In this document: piece after piece, positions 43,201 through 54,000 of the stretch | Position numbering within the stretch: position 1 is the stretch's first letter | How the letters are laid out: each line of letters starts with the position of its first letter | Assembly (NCBI GenBank): GCA_002633005.1 | Contig: NMRA01000348.1 | Location: 297,065-361,064, forward strand | Direction: 5' to 3' | Origin: Phoronis australis | Lineage: Eukaryota > Animalia > Phoronida | Length of the DNA stretch: 64,000 nt | Position numbers and translations under genes: made by a program | Notes under the pieces: model-generated | What the model saw: only the letters and a program-made list of their open reading frames with translations | Databases searched by the model: none | Told to the model about the DNA's origin: nothing

Positions 43201-46200
43201 GAAAAAAATAACGATAATATCTCGAAAGCCCGAACACACTTGACACACTCCCTTTGGGTTTTAAGGAAAAAAAACTACAAACTAGTCTACTGAGTATTGT
43301 TCTGTTCATGTCTGTGAAGCTCAGGTCGGATTAATACAGTTCTCATTATCAGCCATTACCCCAAGTGTTGCGATAAAGCACTTAAACGTAATTTAGTCTG
43401 TGTAGGTTTGCATCTTGCTCGCGTGCATGTTTCAAATTGTGTTTTTGAAAGAAAAGGTCATATCAACCACTTTATGACAAGTTTTCGTTTTCCATGAAAT
43501 TGTATAAAGTCCTACCCTTCGTAACCCTTATTCTAAAAGGCATGTATTTGACAACAGTTTCTAACGTATTTCAGAGAACAGTTCTTAAAGCAAAGTAGCA
43601 GAAAATTTCACTTGAATCCAGTCACTAGATTTCAATTTTGCACGCTTTCTCAGGGTCGTACAAGACCTTTAACCAGACAGGTCTGTATCTTACATGTATT
43701 TATTGATGTGAACCATCTTCCGTGACAGGTTTTAATACTTATATTTTTTACAGTTTAGCAGCTCCAAAGATTGATAACTGAGCTGCGATCACTCAATAAA
43801 TTTTCCCGTAAGATTAATTTACATGGTCTACAAGGAGAGTGAATCCCAGACGATGAGGATTAGTTTGACGACGAGAGGAGCAAAGTGAGTTCAGAAAGTT
43901 TTGACAATGAAGAATAACGTGTATTAGATTCTAATGAATTACACCACGTGTAGATGTATTTAGACCTACGTGTTTTCACAGTCACATTCTGTATAGCAGT
44001 TAGACATCAGTATCCTAATATCCCTAACGTACATGAGTTTTAATTGCTAATTAAAAATTCCCCAATAAGAAAACCAATATGATACCGTTTCAAAATTTAA
44101 GGACGCGTTCCTTAACTCAAACACATTTTGAAACAGGAGATGTCTTGCTTCACGGAACGAAAACCGGGATGATTTTCCAACAAGTCGATTTAATTACGTA
44201 CTGCGATTACTCGATAAGCGCTTGTATTTCGCTCTCGCGATTTTGCTTGTTCTCGCGTGATCTTGCCTCAAAACGTGGTTTTAGTGAACCCCATCATGGA
44301 ATTAGCCTACTTCAACTTACGTGCTTGGTTGTTTAGTTTGTCTTCGTCAATAACTTCGACGACTGATGTCAAGTTGACCTCTACGCTACCATCTTCTGGC
44401 AGTTTAAACGGTGGAACTTTCTTGAACTTGTAAGTTGCTTGGTTACTGGAAGGCGGAACCAGTATTGACACTGTGTGGTTCAGTGCACCTACAAAAGCAG
44501 GCTGAGATCACCAGCTGGCTAACGTCGTACATGCATAATGTAATCAAAAGTACATCTATATGATTGTCTATCTGCCACTATAGTCAATGTGGGCCGACGA
44601 GTATATTTAAATTCTAATTATCTCATCCATCATCAACTGTACTTTTATCCATGTAACCCAACCTATCATATTTTGACGAGTGTTTGGTACAATCCTTAAG
44701 TGTACGCATGACGCCCCCTCTTTTCAGTCAGGCTTCATAAAGGTAACAACTCGTCATAGTGAAACTTTGACCAAAGATCGACAAAAGCGAAAACGAGGCT
44801 ACATGCATATTCCGTGTACCTTAAACACTGCCTTTCCACAGTTGCGCATGAACTGATGCAAAAGTTTGTAGAACACTCTGTTTTATAGCGTCATGTAAGA
44901 CAGTATTCCATCTGTTTTGAATAAGTGCTTTCCCACTATCCTCTTCTCATACAACGCATCCCTCTATCCGTAAAAAGTTTAACTTGTGAACTACTTAACA
45001 TGACTTAACAATTGACACTGATAGTCTCGTCTGACAAACATTTTCTTCCTCAAAGTTTTTCAAAAATAGCTTATCACACATGACGCTAGAAATTGGCCAT
45101 TGCCCACAGACCAATCGAATCTTTGATCCAACAAATACCAAAAATACAGCGGTTTTACATGGCCGCCTAAACAGCGCATTTTAAATCGTGTGAGGTTCTG
45201 TGTAGCACATATTATTAAGCGCAGTTCCCTACAAAAGGCTATCTAATTTGATCTCAAATGACTATAGAAATCCTTAATTGTCGCAAATATCTTTGCGCTA
45301 AAAGTTGGAGACGAACATCGAATTTTAAATTTACAGTAGAACGGTAACGGACTAGAAAACACGAAGTGTTTGTAATCTGGTAGAATAGGCACCCATTCGT
45401 AGTTTGCTAGCGATTTCTTTTAGAGTAAAGTGTTTTGAGTCAGCATATAGAATACAAAGTACCACGTACTTACGTTACCCGCTAAGTTTAATACTACAAT
45501 CATCTCATACGTGGGGTTGCACAAGACATAACCTCACCTTCCCCATCGCCGGTCGTGACATGAACCGTGAACATGCCATGCGACTTAGCATCCTTTGGCA
45601 TCAGAGTGACAACGCCACAGAGATCCTGTTTGACACTAATCTCGTCTCCTTCCTTCAAATTCCGTACATCTTTCGTGAATTCGGGTTCGATTTGACCTGT
45701 GAAAATCTTCGTTAGTTCTTCTTTTACTTTGTCCAACGTTGGTATTTCTCTCTTTGTCCTTTTCCCTAGCTGGCCTATGTTACCGTCTATTGTAGGCTTT
45801 GTGAACGTCTCCCCGGAAAAGCTGAACGTCATAGTTTCTGGAATTTGTTTTGTGATGTTTCCAGGTCCGAAGAACGTCTGTACATGATGAAACAGGTTCA
45901 TCACTTGCGATGCGTTACACCTTGCAACTGCAATGGTAGAAAACGATACCAGCCTTGATTAACGTAAAAGTGGTGTTTCACGCAAAATGTATCAAATTAC
46001 CTTTTAGTTTGTATTATCGGCTCCTAAAGGCATTACACTTTCTAAAATTTTAAAACAAGCCAAACTATTAATCCGGCTTAAAATCACGTTGAAGCCATTT
46101 ATGTGAAAATTCCCGTTCGACACAGTGATAATTTTGAACAGCGAGTGCTCAAGGCTTAGAAGCAGTACGTGTAGACATAGCTACATCTGTACGCATACTG

Positions 46201-49200
46201 AAAAAGCTCCTTCCACTTATTTTGTTCCATGATTACACAACTCTAGCAAACACCATCAAATAGTGTTCTGTAACAAAATGTTTGTTTTTGCGAAAACTGT
46301 AATAATCAATAACTAAAGCAGTTTGATATTTCTCAAGCAGGCCTGGATAACTGCTCAGTATAAGCGGGTCTTAAAGCGCAGTGTCTGTTGCAATCGGCCT
46401 TTAGAAGACCAAAGTAAAGTGTCGGCCTTTTTGGCTAATTTAGTGCTAAAATTCCGATATCGATGTCCTAAATTTAGTGTTTATTGGAAATCTCAGACAT
46501 TCCAGTGCTTATAATCATTTGTCCATTTCCGCTCCACCCAACAACATGTACATATTAAAAGTTGCCACAAATAACTACCCAATCTAGAAGATGGGCAACA
46601 GTAAAACAAACAGACTGAATGTGTTAAATTGCAGTTGGACATTGGGCCACCGAGAAAATTATGTGTAGAGCAAGAGGCCTGTATGACCCGGAACCTCATT
46701 TTTGTCGGCGCTTGCGCAACACCCTTCACGATATGGGAATCGTAGGGAAGATACACTTACCTTCGCGAATCGCAACGTGAACGTCTGGAGGCAACTGTGC
46801 AATTCTTACAGTCTCGTTCACGCGCAATTTCAACCCTTTAATGATCAAAGACACTGGCGCATACTTCCAATACATGACTGCTTGACTGGTTCTGTTCTCG
46901 GCCATCCCTATCAAGACAATTGATTTTTTTAATTTAAAATACGGAAAGCGAAAAGGCGTGAAAAAGAACCCAAAGCTAATGCAACCGTGACGTCTAGTCT
47001 TTAGAGATCGTCTGCGATTTTCAGCTCAGGCAAAATTAACTTGTTGGTGAATTATAATAGCCAAAACTTTCCGATTGAAGTGATGCTCTCGTACGTTTGC
47101 ACGTCACTGGACTCACATGTTTGTTGTAAACCATTATTGTTTAAATGAAATAGCATTTTTCTCAAACTACTCTCTCGAGTCTTGTAACAGTACAGCTGAT
47201 TGAGCTTAATTACAATGTTGGCGTGAACGCATTATCACACAGAAGCCAATTTCATTCTTTCAACAGCAACGTCTTGTACAGTTCAGAAGCCAATACCAAG
47301 GGAATTTCAAAAAAATATAGATTGCAGACAAAATCACGTGGTAGGCATTCCAGGTTTTGTGTACAGTAGTATTCTATGCATTGTCTGGTTTCAACTGCTT
47401 CTGGTTTTAAAAATATGAACATTTGGTACGATAGTGTCGTCCTTTATTACGATGTGAGATTCCATGTGAGTCTTGTGCGAGACTCGACGTATGCTGCTTT
47501 AAATTCGCGCACTACAAAATAAGTTCTCCATGTAAACATATAACAAAAAATATTTGCAATACATGTACACGCGATAGATTGCTGGGTCACTCGCGTGAAA
47601 GTAATGTCATATGTTTAAGACAGCAGACGTTTACCTTCTTGTCGGTCCAATAGACACGTGAGGGTCGGGCAGCCTGCGTTGCAGCACCTGTACGGCTCTA
47701 TGCAGTCACCGTCGGTCCTGCAGCCCTTTCGAGTAGAACAGTATTCCTTCTGTTTATCGATGCTGGGGAAGGTCGGCTTGGGGGGACACGGGAGCGGCTT
47801 CTTTAGCGACAAACAAGAGATTTTAAGTACTTCAAAATACATATAGCGTGACATTTTATACAGTATAAATTATGCGGCATATTTAGAATACAATTACGAA
47901 AACAGTTACCGTGCACCTTTGTGTTTTTTTTTTTTGATTAAATGAGGTATCTGCACGCGTAACAAGCGAAATGTCCTTTACTGGTGATTGGGTACCACAA
48001 ACGCGTTTCGTAGAAGGAAGGAATTTCTGTAAAATTGCTAGTGGCTAGTTGCAATAAATAGCGATATATCGCAAAGACGTGAGTGATCTTGCGTTTTCGC
48101 GTGAGTTTTGGCGTGTATGGAACTCAGCCCTGCAGGGTATTGTTTTTTTCCAACTCTTGCGTTGTAGACATGCGAAGGAGAGAATTTAAAACTAATTAAT
48201 TGAATGAAAATACACTTAGTAACGGTATATAGATGACACACATGTATATCGAAGAGAAATTGTCCTAACCAGGTAATCGTAACATTATAGGACGATTGTT
48301 CCTTTTAAAACACGAGTCCTGTTTTACTGACGCACATAGTTTCGAGATCATGGCTGCGTGTTTGTTGAAGATGTACTTAATTCTGTTTCATAACGCCAGG
48401 TTATGTTAATGGCAGCTAAATCTCTAAAAACAAATTACACGTCCTCTATTATAAACTGTTTTCAACATTAAAGAGTTTAGACCAAGCTACACACGAAGGT
48501 AGACCAGAATCGTCTTTGTTACTCACGAGGATCATGTCTGCCTTTCTCTGGAGATATATACACTGTAATAGTTTGGCAAAAGCGAGCTTTATAAATAGTT
48601 TTTTCCTCCAAAACTGTCCAGATTTAAATAAAACCACTTACCATAGTTGTCATGACAGGCCGAGTGGTCATGCACAATCTAGGATTCAGTTTACACTCGT
48701 CTTCCGGTTCCTTTGGCGGCATTTTAGGGTGAAAAAAGAAGCAGCCATCTCCAAGGAAGATCGGAATGCTCGCATTTGTGTTACCGTCAAGTCTGGGACG
48801 CGGGATACTGACATTGTTCATCATGAATACTTCAAAGGAAAATGAAACATTTCTCGGTGGTAGCCATCGATTTGGGCCATTGGGGTGGCTGTTGTTATTT
48901 GAATGTTTTAATGCCGGTTGCACTCGATCTATGACGTCAAACCACGTAACGTTCTGGCTCCCCGGCTTTGGCTTTATGGCGCTAACATTTCCTGCTAATT
49001 CTCGAACAGTCTCGTTCAATTTTTGCAGCCATTGCTTCGGGTCAACAGCTAGTCGCTCTACTTTGTGAAATAGCTCAAAAAGTTGTTGTGGAAAACGGAA
49101 AGGTTCGACATGGTGACAATTATCAGCGGTACTGTTGGAGTTGCTTGAGTTACTAGACACGTTTCCATGATTCTGAGCTGTACCATTGACGGTACAGTTA

Positions 49201-50370
49201 TTCATCGGAGGCCCCGTTTCGTTTTTTGGCGGCGCATTGCTTTCTCTGTCCTTGATGAACTCAAACAGCTTATCTCTCGCCATCTGCGTTTTATTTGCAG
49301 CATAACGGCCGAAAAACCATTCCATGTACTTGTTGTAGAACATGTTTGTCATGTTTTTGATTTGAGCTGCATCCAGCATCGACTGGCCGGCGCTAGCATT
49401 TCCTCCAATGGGCTGATCCTTTGTTTTCAAGTACTCCACCAGAGGATAATGTGCGGATAGATTTTTTGGAATGAAAGGCCAAAACCGCGTGTTGTTCGAA
49501 TCAAAACACTTCACTTCGCCCATGGTTGTATTGTCGTGTTGAGGTGTGTGGGGCTGGTGTGTAACTTTTGGCGCCCCGGACATTGAATGCGTCATCATTT
49601 CTTGTGTTGGCCCTCCTGTCGTCATTGAATGCGTCATCATTTCACGCGTTGGTGAGAAAGAACCCATGGGACCCCTTGTAAAATCTGACTTATGGTAAAA
49701 ATTCGGCATGTCGTTGCTAAAGTTACTACGCATGAACCGCCAAATAAGACACTCCAGAAGTTTTGTGCCGTTGAAAATTTCGCAACTTCTGTTTTCGGCC
49801 TTGTCTGGCTGTGGCCATATTTTGGTATTGTTGCCCTCAAGGAAGGGCCACTTGAGAGAGCCGTTTCCTCTGTTCGGAATAGTTAGGTTCTCATGCGTCA
49901 GGAAGTGGTCAAATTTTAACCAGAACCTCGTTTCATTAAAGTCCGATGGCATTCCCTGTCGTTGTGGAGTCGGCCCAGTGGTTGGTTGCTGATTCGTGCT
50001 AGCCTGTGGCGCCTGGCTGGAACCGGCTGGTGGCTGTTGAGTACCGGTGACGGACTGCTGAGTTGTCGTTTGATGAGAGATTCCCACCAAAGCGAGCGTA
50101 AGGATGGCAAAGAATACCCCGCCTGTAATATAAAATGCATGATTGCTGATCATTGCATTTACATGTACCACTATTATCCCGTAATCATTATCGTAAGCAA
50201 CACCTTCTTCATAGCGGTTATTGTTGATTTGTTTTTTGTCGTCGTTGTCGTTATCAAGAAAATGGCTTTAGACTTTTTATGCGAAAAATGCAATAATTAT
50301 GTGTTGGAAACTTACGTAAACACTTCCCCAAATATCGTGGATATTCTTTTTCAATTGATTTACTTGACAT
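12295..50370 (-). CDS. Giant single-pass polycystin-1/REJ-like adhesion receptor (~2,803 aa, 40 coding exons): SP-WAP-cadherin-like-Cys-rich-IPT-REJ-GAIN/GPS-SEA-TM
   Basis: Phase-consistent GT-AG exon chain: 50370-50316, 50122-48642, 47800-47635, 46907-46761, 45927-45538, 44488-44321, 42933-42766, 42429-42236, 41863-41641, 41256-41037, 40268-40145 (or duplicate 38199-38076), 35344-35185, 34514-34313, 33732-33572, 33155-33019, 32673-32449, 31994-31756, 31323-31118, 30563-30391, 29953-29815, 28668-28574, 28032-27808, 27570-27447, 27070-26862, 26729-26596, 26297-26071, 25584-25331, 24857-24677, 24149-24003, 23078-22949, 22043-21836, 21700-21446, 20780-20469, 20145-20027, 19371-19298, 14876-14679, 13890-13681, 13260-13060, 12632-12543, 12335-12295 (TAG). 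Total 8,412 nt, divisible by 3. Confidence 0.88.
13681..14876 (-). CDS. Large gene exons encoding a membrane-proximal SEA-like module
   Basis: VEVTFKLDANYSDVVGNNKSEFLVSLKSQLATKLGVDGTRIQNLDVKS-GSIIVTFDLLP, flanked by Thr-rich linkers. Confidence 0.7.
20027..22043 (-). CDS. Large gene exons encoding a GAIN domain ending in a GPS motif
   Basis: SDVIGVRF...LHVTGLSKPMKIKIP followed by CHKWSYVDDWTTTDC...VTCSCTSLGFVAVF (C-W-W-C-CxC GPS pattern). Confidence 0.85.
23118..23699. mobile_element. TTAA-flanked non-autonomous DNA transposon (Kolobok-like MITE) in an intron
   Basis: TTAA|GAGGCAGTCCATATAAAAACCA ... TGGTTTTTATATGGAGTCACTC|TTAA: ~22-bp TIRs with TTAA TSD and purine-purine 5' end; contains one N at 23320. 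Confidence 0.85.
24003..28668 (-). CDS. Large gene exons encoding a REJ (receptor for egg jelly/polycystin-1) module
   Basis: LTPGFSYVFKVWVSN, YTFTVTV, LEAEIAGP...LILDASTSIDPN...FSWGC, LAPNTL..YMFTVTM, APAEGDF..LNGTAIQDKI..NWD and LTLPAG follow the REJ pattern (LDGSxSxDP; PxxG..GxAL..WxD..LPxG). Confidence 0.85.
27100..27295. repeat. Intronic degenerate (GCT/GAT)n low-complexity tract
   Basis: gctggtgctgctgatgctgctacttctgctgctgctgatgatgatagtgat; produces spurious ORFs in four frames. Confidence 0.8.
28207..28380. repeat. (CA)~42 microsatellite followed by a degenerate (TG)n tract
   Basis: Pure CA run 28207-28290, then CGCA/CA variants, then TG-rich 28330-28380. Confidence 0.95.
29815..33155 (-). 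CDS. Large gene exons encoding IPT/TIG-like and other Ig-like beta domains preceding REJ
   Basis: INVTGAGFVDTGFVECF...ATRFSDTLVEC resembles IPT/TIG (xVxGxxF...xxxxxIxC); six phase-compatible exons. Confidence 0.6.
30905..31020. repeat. Intronic (CCA/CCG)n low-complexity tract
   Basis: gccaccgccacacc...ccaccactaccaccaccaccactaacc. Confidence 0.7.
33572..35344 (-). CDS. Large gene exons encoding Cys-rich DxCGxCxG / DCAG repeats (ADAMTS Cys-rich-like start)
   Basis: GCDGRIGSVAQVDRCGVCGG, DRCGNCTGG, DCAGNC, CDGVFGS, DQCGTCQG, DCAGVPWGG and DACGKC across three exons. Confidence 0.8.
36232..37928. mobile_element. Foldback-like element with long TIRs built from AAATGTAAC units
   Basis: Left CGTAAAATGTAATGATTTCGCAAAATGTAACAACTG matches the reverse complement of the right end CAATTGCTACATTTTACGAAATCGTTACATTATACG; near-perfect hairpin at 36279-36340. 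Confidence 0.65.
36438..40541. repeat. ~2.05-kb near-identical tandem duplication (36438-38472 and 38474-40541) joined by a single N
   Basis: Both copies begin ATATCACAAAGCA and end AATTGACTTCCA. They differ by scattered SNPs and small indels, including a ~38-bp segment near 38686-38724 absent from copy 1. Confidence 0.95.
38076..45927 (-). CDS. Large gene exons encoding cadherin-like/bacterial Ig-like repeats
   Basis: Motifs LPEDGSVEVNL...IDED, LRPTKDFTGIIRLTV, FQVQDQNDAPVM, FEDSDDD..GMAVL, GKFQYQSPGGNW, ALLLPPNYRIRY and LFFTAWDMSD. Confidence 0.65.
47635..47800 (-). CDS. Large gene exon: WAP (four-disulfide core) domain
   Basis: CPPKPTFPSIDKQKEYCSTRKGCRTDGDCIEPYRCCNAGCPTLTC has eight Cys in the WAP spacing CP...C...CxxDxDC...CCxxGC...C. 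Confidence 0.85.
48642..50370 (-). CDS. Large gene exons 1-2: signal peptide plus 1,481-nt exon encoding a Gln/Pro/Thr-rich, N-glycosylation-rich N-terminal region
   Basis: ATG at 50370 (ACA-ATG context) with GTAAGT donor gives MSSKSIEKEYPRYLGKCLR-GVFFAILTLALVGISHQ (hydrophobic core). The 515-aa ORF in the track covers exon 2. Confidence 0.8.
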
Positions 50371-50721
50371 TGTCAGTTTTATAGTAGTTGATATTCATAT
50401 GATGTTGACTTATAGCGTAGTAGTGGAACATGGATTTTTGGGATTGTTGATGGACGGTATAAACTTCTTGAAGTTCTGAATTTTGACCAGAGTTACAAGT
50501 AAAAAACAACACAGTTCGTTGTGTTTTTGTGCTTTTATTGCAAATCACCAATTTTCGCCGATGCCTGCCAGATATTCGTTGAAAACAAGGCTGAAATTTT
50601 TACTATTGGAAAATGCTTGAAATACTTTGCTTTTTGCGCGTGGTATATATAATTTCTGAAAGTTGAATAGACTTCCTTACAAACTTTTATATTTTCATTG
50701 ACTTTTCTTTATGTTTTAATG

Positions 50722-51055
50722 AGATATGCGTGTTTCAGTAAAATATATTTTTTGATTTTGATCAGAGTTTTTTAAAATATCGTTCCTCCAATCATCTTGG
50801 CCTTTGCAACATGTTGATAACAGCATTTTCGAAGGAACCATGCCTCAGATTTTTGAAATAGGTCTTAGTTTTTTATTAATCGACTTTTTAAAGCATAGTC
50901 ATGATATTTGAAGTACATACTTCAAAAATCTGAAACAAGGTTCCCTCAAAAATGCTCCTCTCAACATATTGACAAGAGTCCAATATAATTGGAGGAACAC
51001 TACTTTTAAAATCTTTTTCAAAGTCAACAAGTTTTTTACTAAAAAACGCATATCT
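50722..51055. repeat. Long imperfect inverted repeat (foldback/MITE-like), ~135-bp arms
   Basis: AGATATGCG...GTTCCTCCAAT...CAGATTTTTGAA (50722-50857) mirrors TTCAAAAATCTG...ATTGGAGGAAC...CGCATATCT (50921-51055). Confidence 0.8.
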
Positions 51056-54000
51056 TTTGAAATCAGACGAATAAATAAGAATAATAAATTTTGTTAAGAA
51101 ATTTATTCACCTTTCATAAATTATATATTTTGTATGGATTAAAGCTAATGGAATTTAAAATGTTTGCACATTTGTACAACCTACTAAACAAGGTTAACAG
51201 ATACCTTAATTCACTTTTCCCCTCAAAATCTCTCTTTATGGTTTTTACGCATCAACCTTCACATGGTCAAAGAAAAATCCATGAAAACTGATAGGTTTGA
51301 CAAGTGGGACCTACATGTATACAAGTTGAAAGTACGCAATGGTAAAACAAATACGAGACAACGGATTAATTGAATAGAGCTACGTTTTGTCGGACAATTG
51401 AAATACAAGAAAACGCACCTAATATACGAGTAATATTTGAATTTAAATCACAGAAACAGAGTACAGCACCAGACATTTTAAATACTAAATTTAAGGGATA
51501 CTTTAAAGATTGAAGCTTACCGTATTTCTAGAAATATTTCTTAATGAAACATAACTGATTGTACAAACTATTTACCCCTGGTAGTTTGACGATGTCAAGT
51601 TGAATTCGACAACATTTTAACGTAGTTCATCCCTGTAAAAAATACATCTCCGTAGCTAATGCGTTCTGACGCATGCGTTCTGACGCATATTTTCTTACGT
51701 AGGGCATACATGTATGCTTTGTACGAACCAGTGTCCCCCCTAAGTTTATTGTTGAACACTCAGTCATACGCCCTTGTAGCCGCTGCACATCCTGAAACTC
51801 CTGCAGTGTCAAGCATACGGTTTGATCACATTCTCATGGGCAGTCCGTCGGTTGCTGTTGACCTGTATTTTTAGTTTTATGAGAGATCTTCAACCTCTTG
51901 TGTTGCTTTTAGTTATGTTTGCCTCTTGTGTTCATTCCCTAACAGTATCTGTGACGTGAAGTTTATCCATCCTGATTTATTACTCAACCTTTTGTCTGTA
52001 AGTTGCTTTGGTACTGTCGAATCATTGGTATCAAGAACGATGTTTGTGGTGTAAACCATTTCCCATGATACTGAGTTCAATTTTCATTAAATTCATTTCC
52101 GTAAATTTGAATACCAATTCCACTTTCCTTTGTACAAAAATGCTCAAAAAGTGTTTAGATGTCATGAGTTTCATACAGTCACATGATTTTGGAAAGTCCA
52201 ATATCTCTACTAAACTGTTCAAACGAGTCTATTTCAAACAGGTTTCAATGACAAAGTACACCTTGTGGTGACGACTCTGTTCCGCATCTCTAATTTCCAA
52301 ATACGATACCTTAAGCGCAATTCCTCGACCACAATCCGGGGCCGGTCTTTGGTTGCATGGCACAGCATAGTGTTTGTCACCTGGTTAGGATTGTGCATGT
52401 TTTCGGTGAGTGCTTGCATTTCAGGCGTGTGCATGGAATTCGTATCGTAGATTTGTTGCTTATTGCGGGAAGAGGTTTAAACGATGGTATCGAGAATTTA
52501 GACGTACAGCCCTCGGACTGTTTCTAACCTCGAAGCAGCAGCGTGAACACATTGTATGCCAAGAATAAATCGGGCGTGTGTAAGCGTTTCCCGTTTTGAA
52601 AGGCCTTTTCAGTAATAAAAACACTGTGCTCCTCTCTATTCGTATCTCAACAATAGTTGTTAAGCCAATATTTTACATCGTTTGTTATTACTCTAAACTG
52701 TGCCACATAAACGTCATTATTACAGTCAATGAAAACACGTCAATTGAGGCTCATGGAGCACACTCTTTTCAGTCTGTCAATAACCGCGAAAAATAAACAT
52801 TTGGCACTTTCGGAAATCCATATTTCAAAAATGAGACACTAGGTTCGAATGAAACTTCAGAAACTATAGCTTTACCTAAAATCTTTTTTTGTTATTGCTT
52901 ACAATACTCCACTCTTGGATCAGGTGAAACGAATTCTGGATCTATAGGTCATCATGGGCTTTACTATTTTTATTCATCTTCAGCGAGTAGTCACTACTGT
53001 TGTAACATGACCAGAAATATCAGAGTTTATTGGTCTTTCTCATTTTTACTAGTTTAAAATAGGACCTGACACATTTCTAAAATGTTTCAGGAGCTGGAAG
53101 TACTCACTGACGTCACTACACCGAAACAGTTTGATGTACATGTACTTTGAATTCGAATCAAATCCTAAAATTTAGTCTTTTTGGGTTTGGTTGCTCACCG
53201 ATTATACGCAAAACATGACAAAATCCCCGTTACGTGTTTTACTTGTCGGAAAAACCTTGGCATTTGAAATATACAGAGGCAAATTGAAAGCATCTAAAGA
53301 GGATCGTTTTCAGATTTCAGTCTAAAGTGAGGTTAATTTACAGTCCATTTTTTTCTAAAGTTTGTCTTAGTTTTCTGCGCTTATTGTTCATCAATTTCCA
53401 GTTTAATAAAGTCCCATAATAAACCGTTGTCTTTCATATTTTGATGCCTACCTCTACTTCAATCAATATCGTTCGATATTAGACGGATATACACGTCATA
53501 ATGATATTCGTTTTCAGGATGACTGGCTATCGTTTTTAATTTGATGCTGCAATTTTCAATTCCACAATATTAAAAGATTTAATAAGACTTGAGGCTCTTA
53601 AAACTTCTATATGGTCGCCAATGAGCCAATAATCAATTTTGTAGGGAGCTTTATCAACGTTTATCTCGACATGGGCATTTCGGCAAGCATGGGTTTCGTA
53701 TTCACCTAAAACCGCATTGTTTTTATTACTTAAAGCAACATTGATGTTTCCCCTATATACATGTAAATAGTGTTTTTGACTGACACATGTTTTTAAGAAT
53801 TTTGAACGTAATGTATTGAACACCAATGAAGTCACCAACGCCACAAAATGATCGTGCATGCTTTAACCAGCAGCTGGGGATCATTTTGTGGCGAAGGTGA
53901 ATTAACTACTAAATGGTAAACTTATTTGAATATGAATTGTTAACTATTCTACTTAATTTCACATTTCGTTTGGGAACTATAAGAAAATGATCTTCATTAG

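Noticed and set aside
51600-52500. Short minus-strand ORFs upstream of the large gene as extra exons or a pseudogene
   Set aside because: Frames are interrupted by stops, no recognisable homology, and a good start exon already exists at 50370-50316.
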